DNA of 63,978 bases, the filler included, from Platydemus manokwari (lineage: Eukaryota), in the NCBI GenBank assembly GCA_037951405.1. It is 6 parts of 6 records of this genome, joined end to end, with 100 filler letters (N's around TTAATTAATTAA, not from the genome) between each part and the next. Parts side by side here need not be neighbours in the genome. Positions count along the whole stretch, not along the records: positions 10,307 to 22,080 come from JBBMOY010471110.1; positions 22,181 to 33,563 come from JBBMOY010714428.1; 4 more parts are not named here. One strand, 5' to 3'. The translations under genes and the position numbers were made by a program. The first letter of the stretch is position 1, and every line of letters begins with the position of its first letter. Shown one piece after another: positions 17,420-29,700 of the stretch. The notes beneath the pieces were generated by a model that ran no database searches, was not told where the DNA came from, and was given only the letters and a program-made list of their open reading frames with translations.

Positions 17420-18085
17420 TGTTACTACAAATGTTTATTATTAAATGACAACGATACAGCTAAGTAAAATAAAAACTATGAGTTAATTTTTAAGCTACTC
17501 TATATATCAAAACTTACAACGGATCTTAACAATTTCTGGATTAAGAATGACAGTTTATCAACTCCACATCCTGGGAACAAAACTGGTCACACTTCAAGAT
17601 GTTTGAGTTAAACTCGATAATAAGAAATAGAAAATGTATAATTTTAATCAGTGTTTTATACAAATATATCTTGTTGTAGGGTCTTCCAGTAAAAATACCT
17701 GCCATAAATGGAATTTTGATCCCGGACACAGAATGATCTTCTTGGTTTTTGATGAATCGCAATCTCTATGTTGATATAATAGCGATTTTTATATCAATTT
17801 GTTTGGCAATGTGTCCAAAAATAAATATTCAAAATTGTGTCGGTGGTAAATATATAGTCAGCAATGAGTCTCTTAAGAAATTCTGTACGATTATTATTTG
17901 TCGTTTTCATGCTAGAAATTATTTATCGTTGAGAGAAAGTCTATGTGATTAAATTTATTACACATAGAAAAGTTCTCTCTGATCAGATTTTTTTTATTAT
18001 CAAATGTTTTATTCACTGCCTGCATTTATTGTACGGGATAACAGGTGACAATTTGCGCCAGTATTATTGTGAGATAATATGTTAC
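17420..18085 (-). repeat. Dispersed repeat family C, copy 1 (probably long LTR-derived)
   Basis: Collinear diverged similarity to 18386-19090 (acaaatgtttatta..aatgaca, tcaagat.tttgag, atgatcttcttg, taaatttatta.aca.agaaaa). Minus-strand end aataaacatttgtagtaaca resembles an LTR 3' end. Confidence 0.6.
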
Positions 18086-18385
18086 GTTCGGACCTTATAG
18101 ATTTATTTGTTTTACTAAGCTTAATCCTATTTGATACCACTACTGTCTTAATAAGTTTCTAAGAGTTCTTGATTAGGGGCACAGGCGTAATTTACGTTAT
18201 ATTGATGTCCTTCACCTCGTAAGCCTTATTGTGTGATGGCAATAGGTGTGGCAATAGCGATGTATTTTACCTATCCCAACTATCAGTCTCAAAACTACAA
18301 ATCCTATTTTAAACTGTTAACTATGTTGATTACCACAATTACAATTAATGACTTATGATTCTTATAAGAATGAAAACTAAAATTT

Positions 18386-19090
18386 GTTGTTACAAATGTT
18401 TATTAGTAATGACACCAATACATAAACACCTGTTTAAACAATAATAAAATAAAATTACAAATGGGTTTAGAACTACAACATACATCAAATTACACTAATA
18501 AGAAACCCTACAACTTCTAGAATTAAGACGGTTAACAAACTCCTCCTTTCGGAGCAGAACCGATTAACATCAAGATTTTTGAGCAATAAACTCTATAATA
18601 GGAAATACATGATACATAAATATAGTATAGATAAGTATTTTACAGGTATGGTCTTACTGTGGATCTACCAGCAAATGCCAGGGCATATAAAGGGAAATTG
18701 GTCTTCTGCACCGGATGATCTTCTTGAGTGCGTCGAATTTAAACGACGGGTCTTCTATAATTGATGTAACGTCAGATAGCGATAATAACGACAGTAACAG
18801 AATTGGTGTTGAAAAATTAACAGCGAAAAATTATGTCCAGTATTTGTGTTCCTGTTGATTGTAATCACTGCCTTATATAGACAGCGTGAATCACTCATAG
18901 ATATTTTCTGCAATTAAATTTAATGCCAGTGAATTTATTCTCTATGAATAAATTTATTAGACAGAGAAAATATCTCTCGATTAAATTTAATCGTGTGGTA
19001 ATTTTATTCTGCTAGAGAATTTTCATGAGCGGAAAACAGATGATAATTAATTTATCGCTGTTAGTGCGCGATATCCTATTATGTGTTAAT
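18386..19090 (-). repeat. Dispersed repeat family C, copy 2
   Basis: Direct diverged repeat of 17420-18085 at ~966-nt offset. Confidence 0.6.
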
Positions 19091-22080
19091 ATTTTATAAA
19101 TTAATTTAATATTTTTGGGAATTTCGATAAATTTGATATAGGTGATTTTTTTAAAATCTTCATGGAAGGTAATTGTTATAAATATTCAATGTATTATTTT
19201 ATAAATATCATTTTAATAAGCTGGCTTTACCAATACTTTCCAATTATTGTCAAGTTAAAGATAAATATTGGTCAAATTTAGGATAAATAAAGTGCAATAA
19301 AAATAAAAAAATTAAGTACATGACGTCATATAAACATTGTTTTATTTTAGTTAGTTTTTGGAAAAAATCCCAACATTTATTTGTATTGTTGGAAATGTCG
19401 AAATGCTTCTTACATTTATTGTATTTTTATTTTTTCACTAAAATTCTGGGTCTCGTGCTCTTACATTTAACTCGAATTTAATGTTTTCTTTCAAACAAAT
19501 ATTTAAAAATTTAAAATTATTTTCCGTTTAATTAACCCTTCAATTTTACACATCAACAAAGATCGAGCTCAAATATTAAGGGGGTGAAACTGAAAAATAT
19601 ACAATAGTCTCTATATATTCATTTTTAACCAATAAACTTTTTGCGTACAAACTTTTGCATTCTCATTTTGCTGCATTCATACAATATTAATTAATCCAGC
19701 TCTGTATTAAATTTTACATTATTATATACCCAATCAGCCTTAGCTTATTAATCTAACAAATTGAATATCAACTCTATAATGATCAACTATTACAAAAATC
19801 GTGCATATCATGAAATTTTGAAGCAGTTCTCAGTTATTGCAATTGAAATAAATGGTTTTTTGAAGTCTACATATCAACTATAGAACCCGGAAGTACGAAA
19901 CAGTCTCAGTGAGCGGAGTTCTAATAGTAATTTAAAATTTGAATAAAATCCTTTACAACATTGAAACAAGAATACCAACCAAAACAGGCATCTTAATATT
20001 TAATATATAAAATTTTCAAATTTCCTAAGCTGTATGAAGCTCAATTAAGAAGACAAAGATAAATTAAAGATTCAGTCAATTCAATTTATAAAACTAGTAT
20101 ACAGGATAAGAAATAAATACATCTCCATGAACGAAAAGAAAACTGTTACGTTAACGAATTAAGAAAGAAAATTTTCAATACGAAGGAGTGAGAATATTAT
20201 GTCAGGAGATGAACTAGCACACTTACTGATGATAGTACAAATAAGATATGAAAATAAAACAGTCGTATTAAAACTAAGGCCATTAACGTCGAACGAGAAA
20301 AGTCGCAGTATTGAAACAGACGACATCTGACGAGCGTCTTTCAATACATTAGTACAAAAATCATTAGAAAAACACATTGACATAAACAATTCACAAAAAT
20401 AAGCACACAAAATTATTCGAAATTTTCACAAAATTGTTCAAAACCGACTTTGAAGAATAAATTTATTATTTATTTTGAACCTTGTGTTATTAACTATAAT
20501 TGTTGTGATTTGAATTTTTTATTGATTTTTTTATTAAAGACTACTCTCTTACGGCTTTAGAGTGAGAATTTTAGAATGAAGAGTATTTAAAAAAAATGAA
20601 TTTGAAAGATTTTTTAATCCGATTTCATATATTAATTTTATTAATTAATTCTAGTTAAATATAAATTTGTTTCGTGACTTTTCAGTTCGTTTTCAAAGCG
20701 TGATTTATAAAATAGTAGGGACTAGGTATTTGGATCTGACTGGAAGAAGGTTTGTGACATGAAAGTATAGAAGAAACGGAGGAAGTTGTAAGAAAGATAT
20801 AGAGAAGATATAAAGTAGTTAGAGGAAACAGAAATTTCAGATAGATAAATATTTGGAGAATATGAAACAAATAAAATTAAAAATAGATAGAAAATCTACA
20901 ATTTTATAGAAAGTGAAATTTGCGGATTTTAAAATTATGATGATGATTTAAAAAACCAATTTAAATAATTAATAATTCGATATAATATATCGATTTGTTT
21001 AAATAATAGAAGTTAAATATAATTTTGTGTCCGACTTTTCCAGTGGTTTTCAATAAATACTAGTGGTATTACATTTACATTGATGGGTACAATCCTGTAA
21101 TAGAATTTTGATATCAATGTATAACATATTTTATATCTTATTATTTTTTTATTGGTGTTAGATTATCGGTAATACATAAAAATAGTATTAGAATTGTTCT
21201 GTCATTTTATTTATTGTTTTAATTTCTAATCGAATACATTTCCTAGAAACTTAAGTAATAAGAAACATACTACCGGGTAGAGTTAGAATGCTTGGTTTGA
21301 TTTTGCTCTTCAATCGAACTTATCAATCAGAACCGTGTTTGATCCAACCAACCGATTACTAATGCTCAAAAGTCCAAGAAATTCCGATGAAAGGAAGATT
21401 TTGGTGATTCTGAGAATGCTAAAAGTATTTTCATTCACTTGAATAAATCCGTCTGTTAACTGCTCTTCTCAACTAGCAAGTTAGGTTGAAGAAAAATCCG
21501 CCTTTATAAGGACGAAGTAGTTTTTTATTTTCTTTATTCATTGGTGGGCCACAAGTGTTGGATTAATATATTCGTTTGAAATTGTTTCATGTTCAGATCA
21601 ATTTAGGTACAATCTAAATGGCGAGTTCGTAAATCGGAATGACTCAACATTAGGAACGTTAAAAATGCTGGTATGGTTTCAATGCAGACAAACAAAAGTG
21701 TTACAGAAAACCTTGATTAAAATTCACAAATATTCATATTGAATTATTCAAACGATAAGAAACCGTAGACTCTCAGGTCATTTAGTATTGATTTTAATAT
21801 CGTGCAGATTTTTTAATTATATGAATTATAAATACAGATCGTGATTACACGTCGTTATTTACAGCTGTATACACACTCCATATAATAAGTTCGATGAGGA
21901 ATATCAGTAGGGGAAAAATGTACAATCTAGGAACTCTTATCAAGGATTTATTGCAATTTTCAGGGATTGTCGTTAAGTTCGAAACGTTTCCATTATAATA
22001 TTAATTTTAAAAAACTATTAATTCTGGATTGGCCTGAAGAATTAAATAAAATAGGGGGAAAAGTTAAAATGATGCAAGGA

Positions 22081-22180
22081 NNNNNNNNNNNNNNNNNNNN
22101 NNNNNNNNNNNNNNNNNNNNNNNNTTAATTAATTAANNNNNNNNNNNNNNNNNNNNNNNNNNNNNNNNNNNNNNNNNNNN
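22081..22180. other. Artificial contig linker
   Basis: N44-TTAATTAATTAA-N44. Confidence 0.98.
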
Positions 22181-22322
22181 TCGAGCAATTGGCAGAAAGA
22201 TGGCTTCGAGTCATTGAAAATGATGGACTGTACTTCGAGGAATAATATGTTCAGCGTCATAACAATTTGTGTTAATAAAATACCTGCATAAAAACATGAA
22301 TAACTTTTGACTCAACTTGGTA
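22181..22322 (+). mobile_element. 3' end of a mariner transposon (transposase C-terminus plus right TIR and TA)
   Basis: 22183-22245 encodes EQLAERWLRVIENDGLYFEE*, the typical mariner 'L.ERW..VI...G.YF' terminus. It is followed by aaaaacatgaataacttttgactcaacttgg|TA, whose reverse complement resembles cecropia-type TIRs. Confidence 0.85.
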
Positions 22323-25300
22323 ATATGTGAATGTATTAAAATAACTAAGTGGATAAAATTAAAATTACAAAATATCTATTTTAATGTAATTTTTGCTTTT
22401 ACTTTTAATGAAATCAACAGGTTTAATAATTTTAATTTTATATTATAGAATTCTGATAATTCTGATTTTTTTTTAATAATTAGAAAAATTAATTCAAAAA
22501 ATGATAAAAATATCAATAAAGTAACCTAATTAACTTAAAAATAGTTCCGATAAATATTGATTGTTCTCAAATAAATTAGTCTTTAAACTTGTATTATTAT
22601 ACCTGAAAACTTAATTCACTAATTGAAATCTCGAAAATAGTAATATATTGTTTATAATGCTATTTTTTTGATAAATATCTTCAGAATTTTTCATTGCTTG
22701 GATTCTGTTACTTTATGTAGTAGCACCATAAGATAAGAATGATGTTTATTTTAGATAAATTATATTTACATTTTTAATAATTTTTAAATCAGCAAATTTT
22801 TTGAAATAAAATCTTAAATAAACGATATTTATTTTTACAATTTCTTTATATTCCTTTCGAACATTTCTTAAAATAATTTTTATTTCCTAAGTTCGTTTTA
22901 ACATACTTAAGAAAGTCATAACTAGAGAAATAATATTCCCAAGCCACTGAATGGTGCACTGAAAATTATTTTGTTTTCCATAAAAAATAATTAAAATTGA
23001 TAATGATTTGAGAACAAGTACTTCATTAAATGTGTGTAAATTATCCTAAGTGTGTCTGTTATTGAAATTCTTGCATTAGTGTAAAAACTACCGCTTGGCT
23101 CTGTATATACAATTACTAATTTATTCACATCCATCTTTTAGTTATCATTTGTCATACTTATTTCGTTAGTGTCCTTGTGTGTGATGTTTATTATTCTTAA
23201 CACTCTAACTAGGGGAATTATTTTGAACATTTAGAAAATATTCGACATAAGATTGTAATTTAAGGTTGATTTAATATTAAAAATCAATATAAATCTCATC
23301 AACAATCGTTATACCACAAAGGAATTTTAAATAAAAATGCAACCAGTAATTTTAATTGATTGATAGTATATAGTGCTAATTTTATTATTTCTAATTCTGG
23401 TAAATATAGTTGTGAATTCTTATAATGGCATCAAAACTTTTAAATTGATGTATTTTTCATAATTGTACTTTTTGTAGATAAATAACAATTATTCCAGTTT
23501 TTATCTTATATTCTCTACATCGAAATGAAATTATATATTTATTTCTAGTTATCCTCATTAAAATTTAAATATGCTATTTATTTATAAGTTGTTAATCGAA
23601 ATATTGACAGTTCTAATAAGTGGACCACCGATGGACTGTTTTCGTAGTCCTTTTCGCTTATCCACATTATGTAAACCCTTAGATTCAACTTTCCACAATT
23701 TGATCAATGATGTATTTGAACTCATAAGGACTTTATTTAGCATCATTTTTAATCACTCCTCCTAGGTCATAAGTATCTACTTCGATTGAATTTTGTTTGC
23801 AGATCAGTGTATTTTCACAGTTAAGTTTGTAATTAGCTTTGGTAATTGGCCTATTGTGTGAGTTCCATATTTTATAGTATACCATTTTTATTACATTTTA
23901 TTAAAAACCGTACTGTATATATGTAAATATATGAATTTTGACACTGTGTATATGTTCTTACATTCAGGCTGTTATTTGGATTCCAAGTCTCATCAAAAAA
24001 TCTTTTAAAATTTCACATTTTGAAGACATATTTCTGTCAAAGAATATTATTCGAACCAGTAGCACCAAGTATAAGTTATTATTCATCATAACAATATAAT
24101 CATTATTCATTGGGTAGATATGTAATATCTGTGAGTATGCAAAGGTTTCTGGATACTAGCAGATTACCTGGATGTCATTATCATATTAAGAATCCAACTT
24201 TGAAATTACATCATCAAAATGACATTCGCCAATTATTACCTCTTGCTCATCGATCTTTAGCGACAGGGGTAGTATTTAATGAAATTGATTTCCATTTAAT
24301 TATATTGATCATTTCCTAGATATTCAATGATCAAACACAGTTCACTATTTTATGGTTTATGGAGAGTACTGATATTGTTCATTTTGAGAAAGATTGCTTG
24401 AGATTTACACTGCAAATTGATTTGAATTTGGAAATATCTGATCTTAAACAATTAACCGGAGTCTTCATTCATGAGTTTGAGCTGTATAATAATTGATTTA
24501 TTTTTATTACATAAACCATTCCGATGATTATGATTTAGATGTATTTTAATCAACTATTATTATCAATGAAAAAATAATTGTTTTGATTTTACCTAGTGAT
24601 AATAGTCCTGATAATGGATAAACGGCAGAATCGGTGTTCTTAAAATTTTCGTGACTTCTTAATTTGTCTCATGTCTTTATCATTTTTCATTCTAAAATTA
24701 TCTTTCGGCTATTTATAAAGTGTCCGTGATATTTTGTAGATCTATTAAGGAACTTATAATTATCATGATATTTTATGGTTGTTTCCTGTAATTATCTCTA
24801 TTTTTATATTAACTGTAATTTTCCATTCACTTAGAGAATTGCAACCGTAATTTGTTACATAATGTTTTAATAAGTAAATTAAAAAGAAGTAGCATTTTCT
24901 CCTTGTTGTCCATTCAGAGCTTTGTGATATTTCACTCAGTCTTCAAACATCTTATTGAAGTCTGATAATAGAAGCTACGTGTCTTTAATAATTCAGACTC
25001 TAAAGCAGTCTCACTCAGTCGTGACCAAAGGACAATGCAGTAATAAATTTAATTAAAACATTTTCTACATTTATTTTCTTGTTAATTTTTTAATGACTTC
25101 ACAATCGGATATCCGCATTTTACATTTTGTTCAATAAAAATGAGGTGAATCTATTTATCTTATGTTTTACCTGTTTATTTATATCTTAACTGTTATTATT
25201 ATACGAGAGTGATTCGAACACTTCCTACATATCTGATTCGAACAGATTCTGTTGAGAACAAAATTGCAACCTATTCTTATATTTATCTTCAATTCTATAG

Positions 25301-25569
25301 CTTAAGTTATATTCATCGTTAACTTATAACACCAAAATTTTAATTTGATTTCATTTCGTTATTAAATCTTATCTTCATAAAATCCCAACAAATCTATAAA
25401 ATCATTGAACATTTTTATGAATTATTCTTATCGAAATTTAATTTAACGATCAACCTTATCATGAGAACTAGTCAATGAATTCTCTTAAATAATTAACCAC
25501 TGTCAATCGAAATTGCAGTGCCGTCTAGAGTTCAGAGGAATGGCGAATGTGACTAATAACAAACAATTG

Positions 25570-25860
25570 TGGATGGTATTTAATGAATAACAAAAGCTTT
25601 ATAAAAGTTGATGATTAAAATAATGTTTATGGGAAGTAGAGAGTAAAAAATACGAAGTAGTAGTAAACAATACGATATCAACATCAAGCAAGTGGTATTG
25701 AAGAAAGGCTTATCAAAACCACTAGAGACATGGTGATGACAGCAATGAAATAGGAGAATATTCTCGATGGTCGGTATAAACTCATACCAAGAATTCAGTT
25801 CATAATAAATGCCAACTAGCAAATCTCCACGAAACATTAATAATTCTGCTCGAAAGACTT
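25570..25860 (+). pseudogene. Decayed Ty3/gypsy integrase core fragment
   Basis: One frame reads YQHQASGIEERLIKTTRDMV...LIPRIQFIINAN*QIST. This parallels the integrase at 36582-36866 (YHYSANGIIEQQFRTIRDYI...ILPEVEYTLNA). Internal stops present. Confidence 0.7.
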
Positions 25861-26099
25861 GTTATTCCACATAGATTGATGATTATTGAGTCAAAATACT
25901 ATTGTCAGATTATCAAGGACTTTGAAATCGGTTGATATTAGCTTTCAAAAGTTCAATGCCTCAAAAAAGATATACATGTTTTCAATTGGAGAAGAGGTAT
26001 TGAAAAAGATCGACACAAGATACATAAGGTTGACTAGAGTTATAATTTATATTTCGATATCGGTCACTAGTTTTGAAGTTTCATTTGCTCATATTATAT

Positions 26100-26515
26100 T
26101 CAAGTTACGATCAGCGCCCGAATGTCAAATGCAGAATGAAGAGTAATAAAAAAGATTGATTGTTGAAATCACACATAAGCTAAGCACTGAAGTTACCGAC
26201 CAAAAAAAGACTGGTAGGAACCCATGGAACTTGATCTCTTTTATAGACCTATCGGATGAGTTCGTCTTCATTTCGCTGAATTTGTTAGTGGATCGATTTA
26301 CTTGAGATTTTTCTTATATCCCTCGCATCATTGGCGCATATTTGAGCTTGCTGCTCTTTGTAGGTATGTGCTTGTCGAATCTTACCTTCTAAATATGGAT
26401 TAACATTAGAATGAATTTTATTGGTTAACGGAAAGTGTGTTTATCGGGTTTTTCTTTATAGGATTTTTTCTTGGTTCTTGTGGCCATTTTTGATTGATTT
26501 GTGATATACCCAACA
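26100..26515 (-). mobile_element. Solo LTR family B, partial copy
   Basis: Collinear with 42395-42841 (gatcagcgc, aaatcacac, ttttatagac.tatcg, atatttgagcttgctg, ttctaaatatggattaa, attggttaacgg, ttgatttgtgat.tacccaaca). Confidence 0.75.
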
Positions 26516-26745
26516 CAAAGATGACAATATTTATGTGAATTTCAATTTAAAATTTTCAAACTATTACCTGGCATATAAGTTTCAAAAAAGTGTCTTTCAA
26601 TCTATTGAGTTTATTATGGTATTTTGATTAAAATTAGTTTTAATTTTTTGATTGTATTTTGCAATATAATATTTGTGACTAATCAAGACCTGTGTTTAAA
26701 TAATATTCAATATATTTATATAAATTTAAATTTATTTAAATTACC

Positions 26746-29700
26746 ATGAACTTAAATGATACAGGTAATTAGCTTGTAATTTTAGGTTGTTCTTAATGAA
26801 AAATAAATTACAGAATTCTCTGTTCAAGACAAGTTGTTAACTATTGATAAACGAATAACTACTATTGATCAACAAATTAAAATCTTACTTTCAGAAAAGA
26901 ATGAATTATTAAGGGAAAGGAAATTAGTAAGTTGATTGAAGTTGAGATTTTTTATTTCTTAGAAATTTAGTTAGAACAACCATTTGTAATTGATTTGGTA
27001 CAAGATAATACAGATTATGAAAATAATGAATTTACATGGTCAACTCTTGTGAATAAGTTATTACATGAAAAATTTAAATTACAGCAATTTCGACCTTTAC
27101 AGCTAAAGACAATTAATGCAACATTAAATAAAAGAGATTGCATCTTAATAAAGCCCACTGGTGAGTAATATTTTCTTTGATGGTTTAATTTGTTTCGTAA
27201 TATAAAATATTTTCGATTTTGTCAAAATAATTAGGCCTCATTTACAAATATTTATTTATAATCATGATACCCATGCATTTTATAAATATGAGATGTACAT
27301 AGTTATTTCCCTCGATTGTTTCATGAATCCTCTTTCCTTTTTTTTAAAGGTGTCTGTGTTGCTGTTCAATTTCCCGTGTGGAATCTACATTGCAGATAGC
27401 TCGCATTTATATTCGATTTTATACAAGCAGTAGCCATTTACTTTATCATTTTCTTATCTATTCTTTGTTTCTTTAAGATTGTATCGTTTACTTGTGTTTG
27501 CCAAGTTCTGAGAACCTCTATAATAAAAATAAATAGTTCTACAGTCCAATCGTACCGCTTTTTTGGAACGCATTTTGAAGGTATGAGTATTTTTCTATAT
27601 TCATTTGAGCTGTTCCGGACAGAGTGGAAGGTTGTCTGTCCGTGCGTTATAAATAAATTGGAATTCGGCAATAGTTAAGTGCCCACTCAAAATTACCTTT
27701 GACCCAATTGGACTAATAGCTTCTGAGTAGCTGTTATAGCCTTCATTTCTGATTTGATTAGTCCATTTTAATTGGCACGATCGTATAAAACATTGTCTCA
27801 GCAGTTTTGATGTGTCTTTGATTCCACTGTAGCACTCCTTTCGTAATGTGAGCTATTGATTGTAAGGCTTTGTTGAACTTTGAACATAATCTCAACGTTG
27901 ATAAGGATAAGAGAAACCGTGGTAAATATTTTCTTGGAAAAATATTTAGTGCTCTCTTATTTGTCCCCACCATGTTTTGCTTCTTTCATTTGGTAGAAAA
28001 TTGGGAATTGGGTGTTTCAGTGAAACGTGAGTGGGTAGACAATGATCAGACTGTCCAGAACAATGGCAAGTATCTCTGAGGAGCTGATGTAATCATTTTG
28101 AAGTTCCTTTCTTTAGTTCGTATTCTAGTCTTGGTTGTATTTAGGCTGAGGAAATCCCGTTACAGGTGATTTTTGGGTGAGTCAGTAGGTGATGAGTTTA
28201 TATTGGTTTTTAATTTAAGCCGAAGGGTATAACCCCACATGCGAGATCCCCTGCTGGAGTTTCGTCGTATCCTTTTTGTCATTTTGAAACCTTTAACATC
28301 GAGTGTAATCGCATTTGATTTCCTGTTTGAATTCAAGTTGTACCTGTTATCTCTTGAACTCAATATTCTTGGAGTCTGTTTTCCAGTTCACAGATTTCAT
28401 AATATTTATACAAGACGATCTTGCATTGGGGTGGCATTGTCTGTTCTCTTTATTGGAGTATCCATTGCAATTTTCAATAGGATGATTCGATAAGTATTTC
28501 TCCAAAACTCTGGCCAGCCGATTAATTTGTTTGCAACCATTCAGAATACCATCTCATGTAGCTTTGACATTACTGGAGCGAGGAGGTTGTGATCTCCTGT
28601 TAGTATTTCTCCTTGGAGTGGAGTATTGTAAAGCTCGTCGATGAGTACTCGTCGTAATTGTCTAACTACTAGAGTTGTCTTCTTCGATGAGTAAGTTTAG
28701 GTCTTTCTCGGTTGTTTAGTTTGAAAATTTTTGAATACTTCTTGTTTTCACTGGGGCTGCGTCCATAATTAGGCCTATCATCCTGGCAGGAATACTCATC
28801 AAATTCATATTTATTGCTGATGACATAAGATTTTCTAAAGCATTGACTAATTGCAAAAGCATGATAGATTTAATTTTAATTAGCTTCGCGGAAGATCGCA
28901 ATTGAAACGGTTTCTAAGTTTAATTATTTCTGATTATTACTGTTTTCCACTTTTACTGAATGTAGTTAGGTTGCGCAATCACAGGCAGATTAAAATATTT
29001 CTAACTTTAGCGCTTGTTTTGGCATTTATAAGTGCTTATGGATTATATTTTAACTCATTTTCGTTCAAATATTTTTTAACTTTTATATAGAGATTCTTCC
29101 ATTTATGAGATAATTCCTTTATCCAGGTGGCGGTAAAAGTCTCTGCTATCAATTGCCTGCAATGATTTCCGGAATAACTATAGCAATTTCACCGTTGGTT
29201 TCATTGATGCAGGATCAAATTTTAAAATCGGAAAAGTTTGGTATATCGTGTGTTTCACTGGACTCGAATTGTCCCATCAGTTTACAAAATGCAATTTATA
29301 AAGCCATGAAAACTGATCCGGTGGGTTTTGTGTAGCGAAAATCAATAACTTGTCATGATGAAATTATTAAATAATTGCTTTAAAGTTTATAGATATCCAA
29401 TTTCGCTGAACGAAACAGACTTATTACTCTTCATAATCAGAATGATTACATCATTATTTATGATATTAGTGACGCATAGCGATATATAATAATGAAAAAT
29501 GGGCACTGAAACTTAAGGAATAATATTTGTTATTGAATCTCTTTACTTCACTAATCTACTAAATAATTTCAATCAATATTAGCACACCAAATTGATCAGC
29601 TATTAAATCCGTAGCTACTTCGGCCACTTTGTTTAAAAATCATCATCTAATAAAATTTCTGCCCATAATATATTTCGTATCGGTTTCAAACTCTTAAAAA

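Noticed and set aside
20650-21060. Two similar ~45-nt segments ~360 nt apart
   Set aside because: Short, AT-rich and diverged; no element could be defined.
26563-26575. ttacctggc resembling the U1 snRNA 5' end
   Set aside because: No U1 stem-loops or Sm site follow.
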